The notes beneath the pieces were generated by a model. That model saw nothing but the letters and a program-made list of their open reading frames with translations, did not search any database and was not told where the DNA came from. DNA of 64,000 bases from Minisyncoccota bacterium (lineage in GTDB: Bacteria; Patescibacteriota; Minisyncoccia; Phycocordibacterales; Phycocordibacteraceae): NCBI GenBank assembly GCA_022842585.1, contig JALHPI010000001.1, forward strand, positions 2,298-66,297, given 5' to 3'. The first letter of the stretch is position 1. Every line of letters starts with the position of its first letter. Shown in pieces: positions 47,516-58,040 of this stretch. The position numbers and the translations under genes were made by a program.

Positions 47516-48838
47516 TTAGAGAGCTTGTACGAGTGCATTGAACTGATCTCCCCGTTCGTATTCGTTTTTAAACATCCCAAAGGACGCGAACGCAGGAGAC
47601 AGGAGGACGATGTCTCCAGAGGATGCGCTTTTGACTGCTTCTGTAAATGCCGCAGGGAGCGAGTCATACACTGACGCTCCCTCTAAGTATTGCAGTACGC
47701 GAGCGGTACCGGTACCTGAAAGCATAATGATGCGTTTCGTACGCTTCTGTACTTCAACGAGAAGACGATTCATATCAAGCCCTTTGTCGGACCCGCCCAT
47801 GATAAGGACAATATTTTTGGTGCCGGTATCAAGCGCCTCAAGGGCGGCAAGCGCTGCTTCAGGGGTGGTTGAGGTAGTGTCATTATAAAATTTCACCCCA
47901 TCCTTTTCGCGCACAAGCTCGAGACGCCCCGGAACCCCGAGAAATGTTGCAAGCGCGCGGAGCGCTTCTTCCCGCTCTACGCCAAACGCAAGGACGGCCT
48001 CAAGCGCGCACGCTGCGTCCATGCGGTTATGGGTGCCTGGGATGATGAGCGTTCCTTCTGGTACTACCTCAGGCGAAGCCACTACTACCGCAGATACTAT
48101 CGCTTTTCGATAGAGCGGTTCAAGCAACGGTACGACCTGTTCACCAAGCACCAGCGTATCGTCCGGGCCTTGATGCAGGAATATCTCTGCCTTGTCGGCA
48201 AGATACGTATCCATATCCGGATAGTAGTCCTGATGGTCGGGGAAAAAAGTCGTAAACACGGCGATATGCGGAGAAAGCTCTTCGGCACGAAATCCTTGCA
48301 GCTGCCATGAATCAAGCTCTAAGACCGCAACGGTTCCTGGAGTGACGTCTGGAAGGAGTGCGAGCGTTGAGACCCCTCGAGTATTTCCCCCAAGCAGGAC
48401 CTTCTTCCCCGTCGTCTTTAGGATATGCTCAATCATTTGAGTCGTCGTGGTCTTGCCGCGCGTACCGGTAATGCCGATAATCGCCGCACCGTGTTCACGG
48501 GCAAAGCGTGCAAAGAGCGCCGTGGACATAGTGACCGGAATACCGTGTGTTTCCGCTTCTGCTACATAGACGGAGTCAAGCGGAGTGTTCGGGGCTTTCA
48601 GTATCAAATCGCGGTCGCGAAAGTCTTCGAGCCGATGCTCCCCGAGCACGAAGCGAATATTCGAAAACTCCTTAAGCGCTTCAAGCGAAGGGGCGAGTGC
48701 CTCTGCGCTCTTTAAATCAGTAACAATAAGCTCGGCACCCTGTGACGCGAGAAAACGCACGTCCCCCACCCCGCGTCCAAGCAGGCCTAGGCCCATAACG
48801 GTTATCTTCTTTCCTGCAAAATATCCTGATACATCCAT
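47516..48838 (-). CDS. murD: UDP-MurNAc-L-Ala--D-glutamate ligase
   Basis: GITGTRGKTTT, LELDSWQL, YND, GGSDKG, LSPAFASFGMFKNEYERG. Confidence 0.95.
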   Translation of the reverse strand: MDVSGYFAGKKITVMGLGLLGRGVGDVRFLASQGAELIVTDLKSAEALAPSLEALKEFSNIRFVLGEHRLEDFRDRDLILKAPNTPLDSVYVAEAETHGIPVTMSTALFARFAREHGAAIIGITGTRGKTTTTQMIEHILKTTGKKVLLGGNTRGVSTLALLPDVTPGTVAVLELDSWQLQGFRAEELSPHIAVFTTFFPDHQDYYPDMDTYLADKAEIFLHQGPDDTLVLGEQVVPLLEPLYRKAIVSAVVVASPEVVPEGTLIIPGTHNRMDAACALEAVLAFGVEREEALRALATFLGVPGRLELVREKDGVKFYNDTTSTTPEAALAALEALDTGTKNIVLIMGGSDKGLDMNRLLVEVQKRTKRIIMLSGTGTARVLQYLEGASVYDSLPAAFTEAVKSASSGDIVLLSPAFASFGMFKNEYERGDQFNALVQAL

Positions 48839-48880
48839 TCGATGCATCGTAACGTACGAATCAAAAAATACGAACTTCTC

Positions 48881-49375
48881 TTAGGTACACTCCTCTACGA
48901 CCGTCTTCTCCTCGCGCGTAAGGGGGAGACTTGATTTTTCTACCACCACGATTTGGAATGGGCTCGTAATAGCGTTAGTCGTCATGCAAGTTTCCCCGGG
49001 TTCAGTACGTACGAGCGAGACTGTACGAGCGCCTCCTTTCACATCAACCACTGAAACGATGGAAACGCCGTACCCTCCCGTAACGTGAGTACCGTCAAAT
49101 ACGGCGATGACTTCCTTGGTGTTGAAATCAACGGTCGTAGGCGCGCCAGTGCCGTGTACTAACTTCCATAACTCCTCAAGTTGTTCCTGTGTCTTGATAC
49201 GATAATTCTTACGCTCGGTAATGGCACCTGAGTTTGCGCCTTGGTCGAGCACACTCATCGACACCACTCCGTTCTGTGTTTTCTCCGGAAATACGCTATC
49301 TCCGGAAAAATACAGCCATGCACCAAGAAGCATCGCCGCGGCACAGGCAACACCGATGATTAGGATGTCTTTCAT
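48881..49375 (-). CDS. Membrane-anchored PrcB C-terminal-domain protein
   Basis: VDF..KEVIAVF.G...TGGY.V.I...T.AITSPF pattern after an N-terminal TM. Confidence 0.75.
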   Translation of the reverse strand: MKDILIIGVACAAAMLLGAWLYFSGDSVFPEKTQNGVVSMSVLDQGANSGAITERKNYRIKTQEQLEELWKLVHGTGAPTTVDFNTKEVIAVFDGTHVTGGYGVSIVSVVDVKGGARTVSLVRTEPGETCMTTNAITSPFQIVVVEKSSLPLTREEKTVVEECT

Positions 49376-49419
49376 TACCAACCAGTATAGCGCCCTTTAG
49401 AGGCGCTATACTTCTATCC

Positions 49420-49564
49420 TGTATACAATCCTCTGCCTCGCGAGTATCAGTCGAGGTGTAGCCTTTGGCCTGCGTGTTTTGTGTGCTGTGTGCACGCTCT
49501 AGGATATCGATACCTTGAACGATCGTTATCCGAGGCGACCCATTCTCCCGCTACAAAACGTATA
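49420..49564 (-). pseudogene. Two degenerate tandem remnants of tRNA-Ile
   Basis: 49490-49505 is identical to tRNA 49567-49582 (16 nt); 49441-49455 is identical to tRNA 49600-49614 (15 nt, anticodon arm). Confidence 0.6.
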
Positions 49565-49640
49565 TGGTGCACGCTCTAGGATTCGAACCTAGGACCGCTC
49601 GAGTATCAGTCGAGTGCTCTACCAACTGAGCTAAGCGTGC
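49565..49640 (-). tRNA. tRNA-Ile (GAT)
   Basis: GCACGCTTAGCTCAGTTGGTAGAGCACTCGACT-GAT-ACTCGAGCGGTCCTAGGTTCGAATCCTAGAGCGTGCACCA; cloverleaf with encoded CCA. Confidence 0.97.
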
Positions 49641-49672
49641 AATTTTCGCATCCTACTATCAATCGAGCCGAG

Positions 49673-49698
49673 GGACAAGCGTATGCATACGCTTGTCC
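49673..49698. repeat. Perfect 26-bp palindrome
   Basis: ggacaagcgtatgcatacgcttgtcc. Confidence 0.85.
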
Positions 49699-49967
49699 GA
49701 GGCGAATGCAGATAGGAAGCTCTGCTTACCAGAAATCCCCACCCACTTCCACCCCTCGGACGTGAGGCTGATATAGTGCAGGAAGTGAAGGTCCACCGCG
49801 GAAGATCGCGTGAATCAAAAACCAGGAGAGCGTGGGTAGTTCAAGAATCTACCCCCGAAGAGAAATATCGTCGACATAAGAACAAAAAACGCATCTGGAG
49901 AAGATGCGTTTTGCGTTTATCACAACAGATGCAAGCTGCACCAACGACTCTTGTGCTTAGCGTATAG

Positions 49968-49993
49968 CAAAAGCCCCCATACGGGGGCTTTTG
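49968..49993 (-). terminator. Intrinsic terminator of the 16S transcript
   Basis: caaaagccccc-atac-gggggcttttg. Confidence 0.85.
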
Positions 49994-50010
49994 TTTATCT
50001 GTACCAAAAT

Positions 50011-50201
50011 AAGGAGGTGCAATGCGCTCTTGTGTTCCGCCTATTCGCATCTGTTAAAGCGTCAATTGAGCGCTTCAACATCTACATCGGGATACGTTAT
50101 CCGACATCCGAGTGGTGTTTAGGGACATCCACTAACTCCCTACTCTAAAAGAGTAATCGACATTGGTATGCCTTTCGGGCGATACCGGTTCCAATTGGAT
50201 A

Positions 50202-50203
<2 letters not shown>
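50011..50203 (-). other. 16S 3' trailer/intervening sequence ending in the displaced anti-SD (CACCTCCTT at 50011-50019)
   Basis: Several hairpins; 50028-50046 is the perfect reverse complement of leader 51651-51669. Confidence 0.7.
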
Positions 50204-51650
<1,447 letters not shown>

Positions 51651-51710
51651 GAATAGGCGGAACACAAGAATTCACTTGCTTTCCTACCTTTATTTTTGGT
51701 CTCTATTTTA

Positions 51711-51722
51711 TTGTCAAAGAGC
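51711..51722 (-). promoter_or_regulatory. rrn boxA antiterminator-like element
   Basis: GCTCTTTGACAA in the 16S leader. Confidence 0.7.
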
Positions 51723-51760
51723 GAACAAAATGCCCACCCCCACATGGGGGCGATAGGAAG

Positions 51761-51789
51761 ATACTACCCTTCTGAAGGAAGTGCGTCAA
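51761..51789 (-). promoter_or_regulatory. Sigma70 promoter for the 16S gene
   Basis: TTGACG-17 nt-TAGTAT. Confidence 0.7.
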
Positions 51790-51797
51790 GTCCTTAT

Positions 51798-51826
51798 TTG
51801 ACGGCCTATATACAGTCCCGTATGGT
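51798..51826 (+). promoter_or_regulatory. Sigma70 promoter back-to-back with the rrn promoter
   Basis: TTGACG-17 nt-TATGGT. Confidence 0.6.
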
Positions 51827-51879
51827 GACCCTACGGTCGGATAAAGACCGGGAATCTAGCACAGAAAGGAGGCAGGTCT

Positions 51880-52206
51880 ATGGGAGGCCATGCACTCTAT
51901 CCCTTCTTTGAAACTGAGACTGATTTGGAGGCGACGAGGTTGCAAGTAGGCGATATCATCGCCTACGACCCGCAACAAGGGTTCCGTATCGAGCGAAACG
52001 GCAAACCGCTTTGGTTTGAAATCCCGCGCACAGAAGAGCGGCTTCAATGCTTCAAGCCGCCTTGGATGTACTCGACTATGGATGCTGCGGCAAACATTAT
52101 CGCCCGGCACGACGGATTATGGTCGCGCTGCATCCTACAAGGGTATACCCCGCCTGCGGGGTTCACCGGAACTGATGCGTGGGGCGTCGTCGCTCCTCCG
52201 GACTAG
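51880..52206 (+). CDS. Hypothetical protein (108 aa)
   Basis: SD AGAAAGGAGG 7 nt upstream; own promoter and terminator. Confidence 0.7.
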   Translation: MGGHALYPFFETETDLEATRLQVGDIIAYDPQQGFRIERNGKPLWFEIPRTEERLQCFKPPWMYSTMDAAANIIARHDGLWSRCILQGYTPPAGFTGTDAWGVVAPPD

Positions 52207-52234
52207 AGGCAGGTTTCAAGGAAGTTCGCATCAA

Positions 52235-52268
52235 TGTGCGGCAAGCCAATGGCTTGCCGCACACTTTT
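52235..52268 (+). terminator. Intrinsic terminator
   Basis: tgtgcggcaagcc-aat-ggcttgccgcaca-ctttt. Confidence 0.8.
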
Positions 52269-52355
52269 GTATCTTGCAAGACATATTTCGCATTTGGCAA
52301 AGTTGCACGAGGGGCGCGAAACGATATAGTAGGAGGAGCCGTCAAACCTTTGCCT

Positions 52356-53051
52356 ATGTTACGCCCCAAGCGTGAGTATGTGGTCGTGTCCGTCGGAGGG
52401 TCTTTAATAGTCCCTGACGAAATCGATACGCAATTTCTACGAAACCTGCGTACGCTGGTAACTAAAAAAGTTGGCGAAGGCTTTGGATTCTACATTATCG
52501 CGGGCGGAGGAAAGCTCGCTCGCCGCTACCAAGACGCCGCGAAGGAAGCACGTGGCGATTTAACGAATGATGACGCCGACTGGCTTGGTATCCACTCGAC
52601 GCGCCTGAACGCGCATCTCTTGCGCACGCTCTTCCTCGAAGAAGCACAGGATCGAATCGTAAAAAACCCGACGCGCGCCGTAAACACCAAATATCCGGTC
52701 ATCGTCGGGAGCGGCTGGAAGCCAGGCAACTCCACCGACTACTGCGCGGTGATGGCTGCAAAGAAGCTTGGCGCGAAGAAGCTCGTAAATCTTTCAAATA
52801 TTGATTACGTCTATACCGCAGACCCGAGAAAAGACGAGTCTGCGACAAGGATTGAGAAGACGACATGGGCTGAGTTTCGAAAGCTCATCCCGAAAGAATG
52901 GGATCCTGGACTCTCTTCCCCGTTTGACCCTGTCGCCGCAAAAGAAGCGGACGCTATGGGACTTGAAGTAGCGGTCATAAACGGCGCAAAGCTCGAAGAG
53001 TTGGAGAACTACATTTCCGGGAAGCCTTTTGTAGGAACAGTCATTAAATAA
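52356..53051 (+). CDS. pyrH: UMP kinase (archaeal-type short form)
   Basis: VSVGGSL, GGGKLARRYQ, GWKPGNSTD, NIDYVYTADP, PFDPVAA. Confidence 0.92.
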   Translation: MLRPKREYVVVSVGGSLIVPDEIDTQFLRNLRTLVTKKVGEGFGFYIIAGGGKLARRYQDAAKEARGDLTNDDADWLGIHSTRLNAHLLRTLFLEEAQDRIVKNPTRAVNTKYPVIVGSGWKPGNSTDYCAVMAAKKLGAKKLVNLSNIDYVYTADPRKDESATRIEKTTWAEFRKLIPKEWDPGLSSPFDPVAAKEADAMGLEVAVINGAKLEELENYISGKPFVGTVIK

Positions 53052-53062
53052 TTACAGTAAAA

Positions 53063-53092
53063 ACCGGCAACGCGCATGCGTCGCCGGTCTTT
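53063..53092. terminator. Terminator between convergent genes
   Basis: accggcaacgc-gcat-gcgtcgccggt-cttt. Confidence 0.65.
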
Positions 53093-53109
53093 CCTCCCCT
53101 TCTCGTCCG

Positions 53110-53310
53110 TTAGAACGTGAAGCGATGCTCGTGCCCACACAAAACACAGATGTATTGCCCGTTCGGGTTCTCATCTATGGATGGTTCGGAACATCCACTA
53201 CAAGGTCGAGTTATAGGAATCTCCCATGTATTTGAGAATCGGCGGATTGTTTTACCACCAACCTCTCGTTGCATGCTTAATTCCGGAACCCGTGCTCGTG
53301 CCTGCTCCAT
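53110..53310 (-). CDS. Small Zn-ribbon protein
   Basis: CSGC...YICVLCG; GGAG upstream. Confidence 0.6.
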   Translation of the reverse strand: MEQARARVPELSMQREVGGKTIRRFSNTWEIPITRPCSGCSEPSIDENPNGQYICVLCGHEHRFTF

Positions 53311-53458
53311 ATCTCTATCTCCGTTATAGGGCAGCTAATGAACTACTTGGTTTTGTCAGGATCTCGCGCCTGAGACGTGGCGCGGGAAATACCCGCCATG
53401 TCTCATGCGTAAGTGTCCGCAAAACTATGCGTCGCATAGTTTTGCTTCCCTTAAACGC

Positions 53459-53483
53459 AAAACCCCTCCGCATGGAGGGGGTT
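53459..53483 (-). terminator. Intrinsic terminator
   Basis: aaaacccctcc-gcat-ggagggggtt, with a T-run on the minus strand. Confidence 0.7.
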
Positions 53484-53503
53484 GGCTTGATGGGGTGGGC
53501 TAG

Positions 53504-53581
53504 CTAGCGCGCATCAAAACAATCCTCTCCTGCCGAGGGGCGTGTAAACCAATACCAGAACGCGCTGAACTGCTTTTGCAT
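53504..53581 (-). CDS. Putative 25-aa peptide MQKQFSAFWYWFTRPSAGEDCFDAR
   Basis: TATACT 8 nt before the ATG; terminator about 20 nt after the TAG. Confidence 0.45.
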   Translation of the reverse strand: MQKQFSAFWYWFTRPSAGEDCFDAR

Positions 53582-53603
53582 GTAGGAGGAGTATATCAGC
53601 GGC

Positions 53604-54068
53604 TTAGGAGTCTGCAAGTTCGTTCAGCGCCTCCATCGCATACCGGCGCACTCGTGGCCATACTTGAAAGGTTGGGTCGTTAAGTTCTTTTTTGGTAAAC
53701 CAACGAATTTCTACCTCTTTTTCTCCTGCGTCTGGTGTGATACTGCGTGTGTTTGAACGTGCAAAATAGGCACAAGAGACGTGCTCGTGTGTTTCATTTA
53801 TACGATGACGATTAATGAACCTTGGCGGGAGTACTTCTTTGTCACCATCATGTAAGTCGGTAAGTCGATTGCCTACAAGCGTAATGTCGATTCCTACTTC
53901 TTCTTTTGCTTCGCGGATAGCTGCCTCTTCCATGTCTTCATCAAGTTCAACATGCCCTCCTGGGGGAAGCCAGGTATCGTACTTATCATGAAAACGGAGC
54001 AGAACTGCATCCCCATTCACAATGTATGCATCGGCGCAGAAATCAATCTTCTCGTGAATATGTGGCAT
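53604..54068 (-). CDS. NUDIX hydrolase
   Basis: PGGHVELDEDMEEAAIREAKEEVG canonical Nudix box. Confidence 0.92.
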   Translation of the reverse strand: MPHIHEKIDFCADAYIVNGDAVLLRFHDKYDTWLPPGGHVELDEDMEEAAIREAKEEVGIDITLVGNRLTDLHDGDKEVLPPRFINRHRINETHEHVSCAYFARSNTRSITPDAGEKEVEIRWFTKKELNDPTFQVWPRVRRYAMEALNELADS

Positions 54069-54070
54069 AG

Positions 54071-54418
54071 CTAGTCTCCGTACATTTCGGACCGAACTTT
54101 GACGAGTTCGGAAATTACGCTTGGGTCAGTAATTTTCTGAAACCGTTTAAAGGTCTTCCCTTCCTTGGTAACGTCTTCCATCCACATAGCAAGCGGGCGT
54201 ACGTCAAACATCCTTCCGTTCTTATACACGAACGCCTCATAGAGCGGACGATAGACCGCAAACAGTGCGTCCTCAGGTCGGCAGTCGTCCTCCGTATGAT
54301 GCCCTACCCCGATAAACTCGTACGCGTAATTATTCACGCTGCCCGAAGGATCGTGTTTGTAGTGGTAGTAGAAGCCCTTTTCCGGTACATCGTTTGGAAC
54401 AGAGTCTTCGTACGCCAT
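54071..54418 (-). CDS. DUF1653-like protein
   Basis: GFYYHYK, HHTE, VYRPLY, VRPLAMW.E.V, RF. Confidence 0.75.
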   Translation of the reverse strand: MAYEDSVPNDVPEKGFYYHYKHDPSGSVNNYAYEFIGVGHHTEDDCRPEDALFAVYRPLYEAFVYKNGRMFDVRPLAMWMEDVTKEGKTFKRFQKITDPSVISELVKVRSEMYGD

Positions 54419-54420
54419 GG

Positions 54421-54975
54421 TTATTCTTTCGGAAGATTTGCGAGCGCCTCGTCTATCTGCTGATGCAACTCTTCAACGGTGCCGTTGTTCTGTAGCACCA
54501 CCGTGGACTCACGAAGTGCACCGAAGATATCTTGCTTAGTTGGGTCATCCGGATTGGACTCTGCCTGCTCTTGCGCAAGCCATTTTTCATACGATACCTG
54601 GTCCGTCTCTTGTCCGCGCTTCACGACACGCTCATAGCGCAAATGCGGTTCTGCATCAACACCTATCACGATACCGCCGAGCTCCTTCATCTTCCTAACT
54701 TCCGCAACGGCACGCAGACTCTCAATGATGATGTTTCCTCCCTGCGATTCCGCTTTCTTGTAAAGCGCTTCCACGAGGTACGCGGGGCCGTTTTTTGCGC
54801 GTAAATCATTTGCGACTTCTATCATGGAGTCGCGATTCACCGGCATGCCGCGTCGCTGTATTTCCTCTACTAAGAAGCTTCGTACCGAGTAGTTGGAGAA
54901 CCCCTTAGTCGCTATGAGGTAGTCGGCTACTGCCCCCTTTCCAGCTCCGAACGAACCGGTAAGTCCGACTATCAT
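54421..54975 (-). CDS. P-loop nucleotide kinase (dephospho-CoA/adenylate kinase-like)
   Basis: GLTGSFGAGKG, ESLR...E, RYER...RG, NNGT.EEL. Confidence 0.8.
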   Translation of the reverse strand: MIVGLTGSFGAGKGAVADYLIATKGFSNYSVRSFLVEEIQRRGMPVNRDSMIEVANDLRAKNGPAYLVEALYKKAESQGGNIIIESLRAVAEVRKMKELGGIVIGVDAEPHLRYERVVKRGQETDQVSYEKWLAQEQAESNPDDPTKQDIFGALRESTVVLQNNGTVEELHQQIDEALANLPKE

Positions 54976-54976
54976 G

Positions 54977-55888
54977 TTATTCCCCCTTCTTGGCGAAGGC
55001 GTGCGCAATCGGAATCAAGATTGGCGCGGAGCGGCAGATGGAGGAGAAGGTTCCTATTATGACACCTACGAGCATCACGAGTGCAAAATCACGCGTCGTT
55101 TCGGGACCGAAGATAATAACCGCAAGTAAGGCGAGTGCGGTCGTCACGGAGGTGTTTATAGAGCGTGCGAGCGTCTGATCAATTGAGATACCTACCGTGG
55201 TTTCAAAATCTTCTTCAAATTTCTTTTCCATATTCAGCTTCAGGCGTTCGCGTATCCGGTCAAAAATGACAATGACATCGTTCACGCAATACCCAAGAAG
55301 CGCCAAGAGCGCTACGACAAAGAGCGCATCTGCCTGCGCACCAGTGAAATACGCATAGGCCGCAAAGAACCCTGCAGGAACGATGATGTCTATCGCAAGC
55401 ATCGCAACGACGACCACGCCATATCCCCAGCTTGGCACCGGCTTTGAAACCTTCCGGAATGCAAACGCGATATAGAGCACAATAGTGAGCATGACCACGC
55501 CAATCGCATAGAGCGCCTTTATCGCAAGCTCACTCCCGAGCGATGGGCCAATGGAACTAAAGCGTGTCTCCGTAAGGGCGTCAGTGCCACCACCTGAAAG
55601 TGCAGTAAGCAGTGCTTCGTGCTCCGTAGGCGTAAGGGTATGAGCGCGAACTACCACACCCGTTTCCCCGCTCTCACGCACCGATGCGTCTCCAAACCCC
55701 GCACTCGTAACGCGGTCCTTAAGCGTCGGAACGTCTGGCCGTGTTTCCTGATAGGCAACTTCGACAAGCGAACCGCCGGTAAAATCTATCGAGAGCGGGA
55801 GACCCAAGAACGTAAGAGCGCCAATAGCCCCTACGAGAATGATGCCCGTAAGCCAGAAGAAGAACGCGCGATATTTGATGATAAGCAT
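54977..55888 (-). CDS. secF: Protein translocase subunit SecF
   Basis: SIDFTGG, IGPSLG.EL, GY.VND.IVIFDRIRE, RSINTS.TT. Confidence 0.96.
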   Translation of the reverse strand: MLIIKYRAFFFWLTGIILVGAIGALTFLGLPLSIDFTGGSLVEVAYQETRPDVPTLKDRVTSAGFGDASVRESGETGVVVRAHTLTPTEHEALLTALSGGGTDALTETRFSSIGPSLGSELAIKALYAIGVVMLTIVLYIAFAFRKVSKPVPSWGYGVVVVAMLAIDIIVPAGFFAAYAYFTGAQADALFVVALLALLGYCVNDVIVIFDRIRERLKLNMEKKFEEDFETTVGISIDQTLARSINTSVTTALALLAVIIFGPETTRDFALVMLVGVIIGTFSSICRSAPILIPIAHAFAKKGE

Positions 55889-55891
55889 AGG

Positions 55892-57193
55892 TTATTTCGT
55901 GTGAAAGCCACTTGAGAGTAGGAAGCTCCATACCCTGCTTTGCTTTTCTGGAAGGATGGTCTTGAGGAGCATCTGCGTTATCGTGATTGCGGTAAAGAGG
56001 GACACGATAACGCCGAGACCGAACACGAGCGCAAAGCCCTGTACCAAGGACGTGCCCATCCAGAAGAGGATGATGGAAGAGATAATCATGGTGAAGTGAC
56101 CATCACGTATCGCACTCCATGCGCGCGAGAATCCTATGGTTGCTGCTTCATGAGGATCTTTACCTGCGTGCAATTCTTCCTTCATACGCTCAAAGATAAG
56201 CACGTTCGCGTCAACCGCCATACCGATAGAGAGAATCAGTGCCGCGATGCCTGAAGCGGTAAGTGTCACCGGAAGGAATTTAATAATCGCTATGGTGATG
56301 ATGACGTAGACAACGAGAGCAAGAGTCGCAATAAGGCCTGGAAGGCGATACCAGAAAATCATGAAGAGCGCGACAAGGGCAAAGCCCCAAATGGACGCGA
56401 GTATGCCCGCCTCTACAGCGCTTGCGCCAAGAGTTGACCCGACCGCACCGCTTGAAACGAGTTCGATAGGCACGGGAAGCGCACCGAAATTCAGGTTGCG
56501 TACCACATCGCGACCTTCGGTAGGAGTAAATGAGCCGGTAATCGTGGCGGTGCCTCCCGGAATCGCTTCTTGGATAACCGGGGAGGAGATTACTTCCCCA
56601 TCAAGAAATATGGCAAGTTGCTTCCCCACATGCTCAGACGTAATCTTCTCAAAAAGTTTCCCCCCTTCATCCGTAAAGGTAAGTACGACGACTGGCTGGT
56701 TTGCAAGTGAGCTTCCCTGGCCGTTCCCAAACTGGAGTTCGGCGTTCTTCAAATAACGACCGGTAAGTTCAGTTGGTTGATATATAGGATTTCCCTCTCC
56801 CGTCGTGCCTTCGATAAGCTTAAATTCAAGGAGCGGGGTCTTACCGAGCGCATCTACCGCAGCCTGCACGTCGGTTACGCCCGGAAGCTCCACGATAAGG
56901 CGGTCCTGTACCTCACCTGCGACTGCGCTCGACTTTTCAAGCTGTACCAAGGGTTCAGCAACGCCGAATACGTTTACGCGCTTATCAATGACTTCACGAA
57001 GTGAGTTCAACGCGCCCTGCTTGTCGGTAGTGATATTTGAGGTATCCGCCTGATACACGAGCTCGGTACCACCGGCCAAATCAAGACCAAGCTTTATGCG
57101 ATGCGGGTCGGTCGGACCATTGGTCGTGACGACAAGAAAGCTCAGTGCGGACGCAGCAATAAGTATGCCAAGCGCAGGTATGATACGCATCAT
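55892..57193 (-). CDS. secD: Protein translocase subunit SecD
   Basis: LGLDLAGG, GALPVP, IGMAVDANVLIFERMKEE. Confidence 0.97.
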   Translation of the reverse strand: MMRIIPALGILIAASALSFLVVTTNGPTDPHRIKLGLDLAGGTELVYQADTSNITTDKQGALNSLREVIDKRVNVFGVAEPLVQLEKSSAVAGEVQDRLIVELPGVTDVQAAVDALGKTPLLEFKLIEGTTGEGNPIYQPTELTGRYLKNAELQFGNGQGSSLANQPVVVLTFTDEGGKLFEKITSEHVGKQLAIFLDGEVISSPVIQEAIPGGTATITGSFTPTEGRDVVRNLNFGALPVPIELVSSGAVGSTLGASAVEAGILASIWGFALVALFMIFWYRLPGLIATLALVVYVIITIAIIKFLPVTLTASGIAALILSIGMAVDANVLIFERMKEELHAGKDPHEAATIGFSRAWSAIRDGHFTMIISSIILFWMGTSLVQGFALVFGLGVIVSLFTAITITQMLLKTILPEKQSRVWSFLLSSGFHTK

Positions 57194-57221
57194 AATGGCA
57201 AAGTTTACGCCTTTCTCTTCG

Positions 57222-58040
57222 TTATGCCAAACCCTTGCTTTTACCCACTAATCGGGCTGTATTGCTGAACAGACAAGAAACCGCTACCGGCCCCACCCCG
57301 CCTGGTACCGGAGTGAACACGGACGCCTTTTCTGCGCATGCGGGGTCTATGTCTCCGGACACTGCGCCGTTTGCTCCGCTCGTACCTGCATCGATAAGCA
57401 CGACTCCTTCTTTGATTAGGTCAGGGGTAATGAGGTAGGACTTCCCTACTCCGGACACGATGATGTCTGCTTCTTTATAAAAAGCTTCTGGATGTTCCGT
57501 ATCACGGTGGACTACCGTGACTAGTGCGCCTAAACGCGCAAGCGCGATAGCGCACGGTTTGCCGACAAGTTGGCCACGTCCGACGACGACCGTCTTCTTC
57601 CCGCGCACCTCGACACCGGAACGAGCGAGTATTTCAAGCACTCCTGCGGCAACCGGCGGTATGAGCGCATCTTCCTCCCCGTTTTCAAATCGAGCATACG
57701 CCGCATCGGAGAGCACGTCCGCGTCCTTATCAAGCGGAATCGCGTTCAATACCTTCTGTAGATCAAGCGATTCAGGAATGGGTAATTGCACGATCACCGC
57801 ATCGGCTCCAGGCGCTTGTATTGCGGAAATAATAGCGTCCTCGTTTGCGTCGTCAGGAAGCGTTACTACCTCAAGCCGCATACCTCCTTCCTCTGCTCGC
57901 TGCATCTTGATACGCAAGTACGACTCGGTCGCGGGAGACGGGCGCACGGTTATCGCGCGCACTACCGGTACCTGCGGCGCGATACCCTGCTGTACTTCAG
58001 CGAGAATGACAGAAGCAATCTTTCGTCCGTCGGCAATCAT
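57222..58040 (-). CDS. folD: Methylenetetrahydrofolate dehydrogenase/cyclohydrolase
   Basis: DGRKIA, VQLP, KDAD, GRGQLVGKP, TPVPGGVGP. Confidence 0.93.
   Translation of the reverse strand: MIADGRKIASVILAEVQQGIAPQVPVVRAITVRPSPATESYLRIKMQRAEEGGMRLEVVTLPDDANEDAIISAIQAPGADAVIVQLPIPESLDLQKVLNAIPLDKDADVLSDAAYARFENGEEDALIPPVAAGVLEILARSGVEVRGKKTVVVGRGQLVGKPCAIALARLGALVTVVHRDTEHPEAFYKEADIIVSGVGKSYLITPDLIKEGVVLIDAGTSGANGAVSGDIDPACAEKASVFTPVPGGVGPVAVSCLFSNTARLVGKSKGLA

Noticed and set aside
49384-49412. Inverted repeat agtatagcgcc...ggcgctatact as a symmetric bidirectional promoter
   Set aside because: No plus-strand gene follows; it may just be a hairpin downstream of the tRNA overlapping the PrcB-like gene's -10 box.
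50011-50057. Plus-strand AAGGAGGTG followed by ATG as a small gene (MRSCVPPIRIC)
   Set aside because: SD-ATG spacing is too short, the ORF is 11 codons and antisense to the rRNA trailer; better explained as the complement of the anti-SD.
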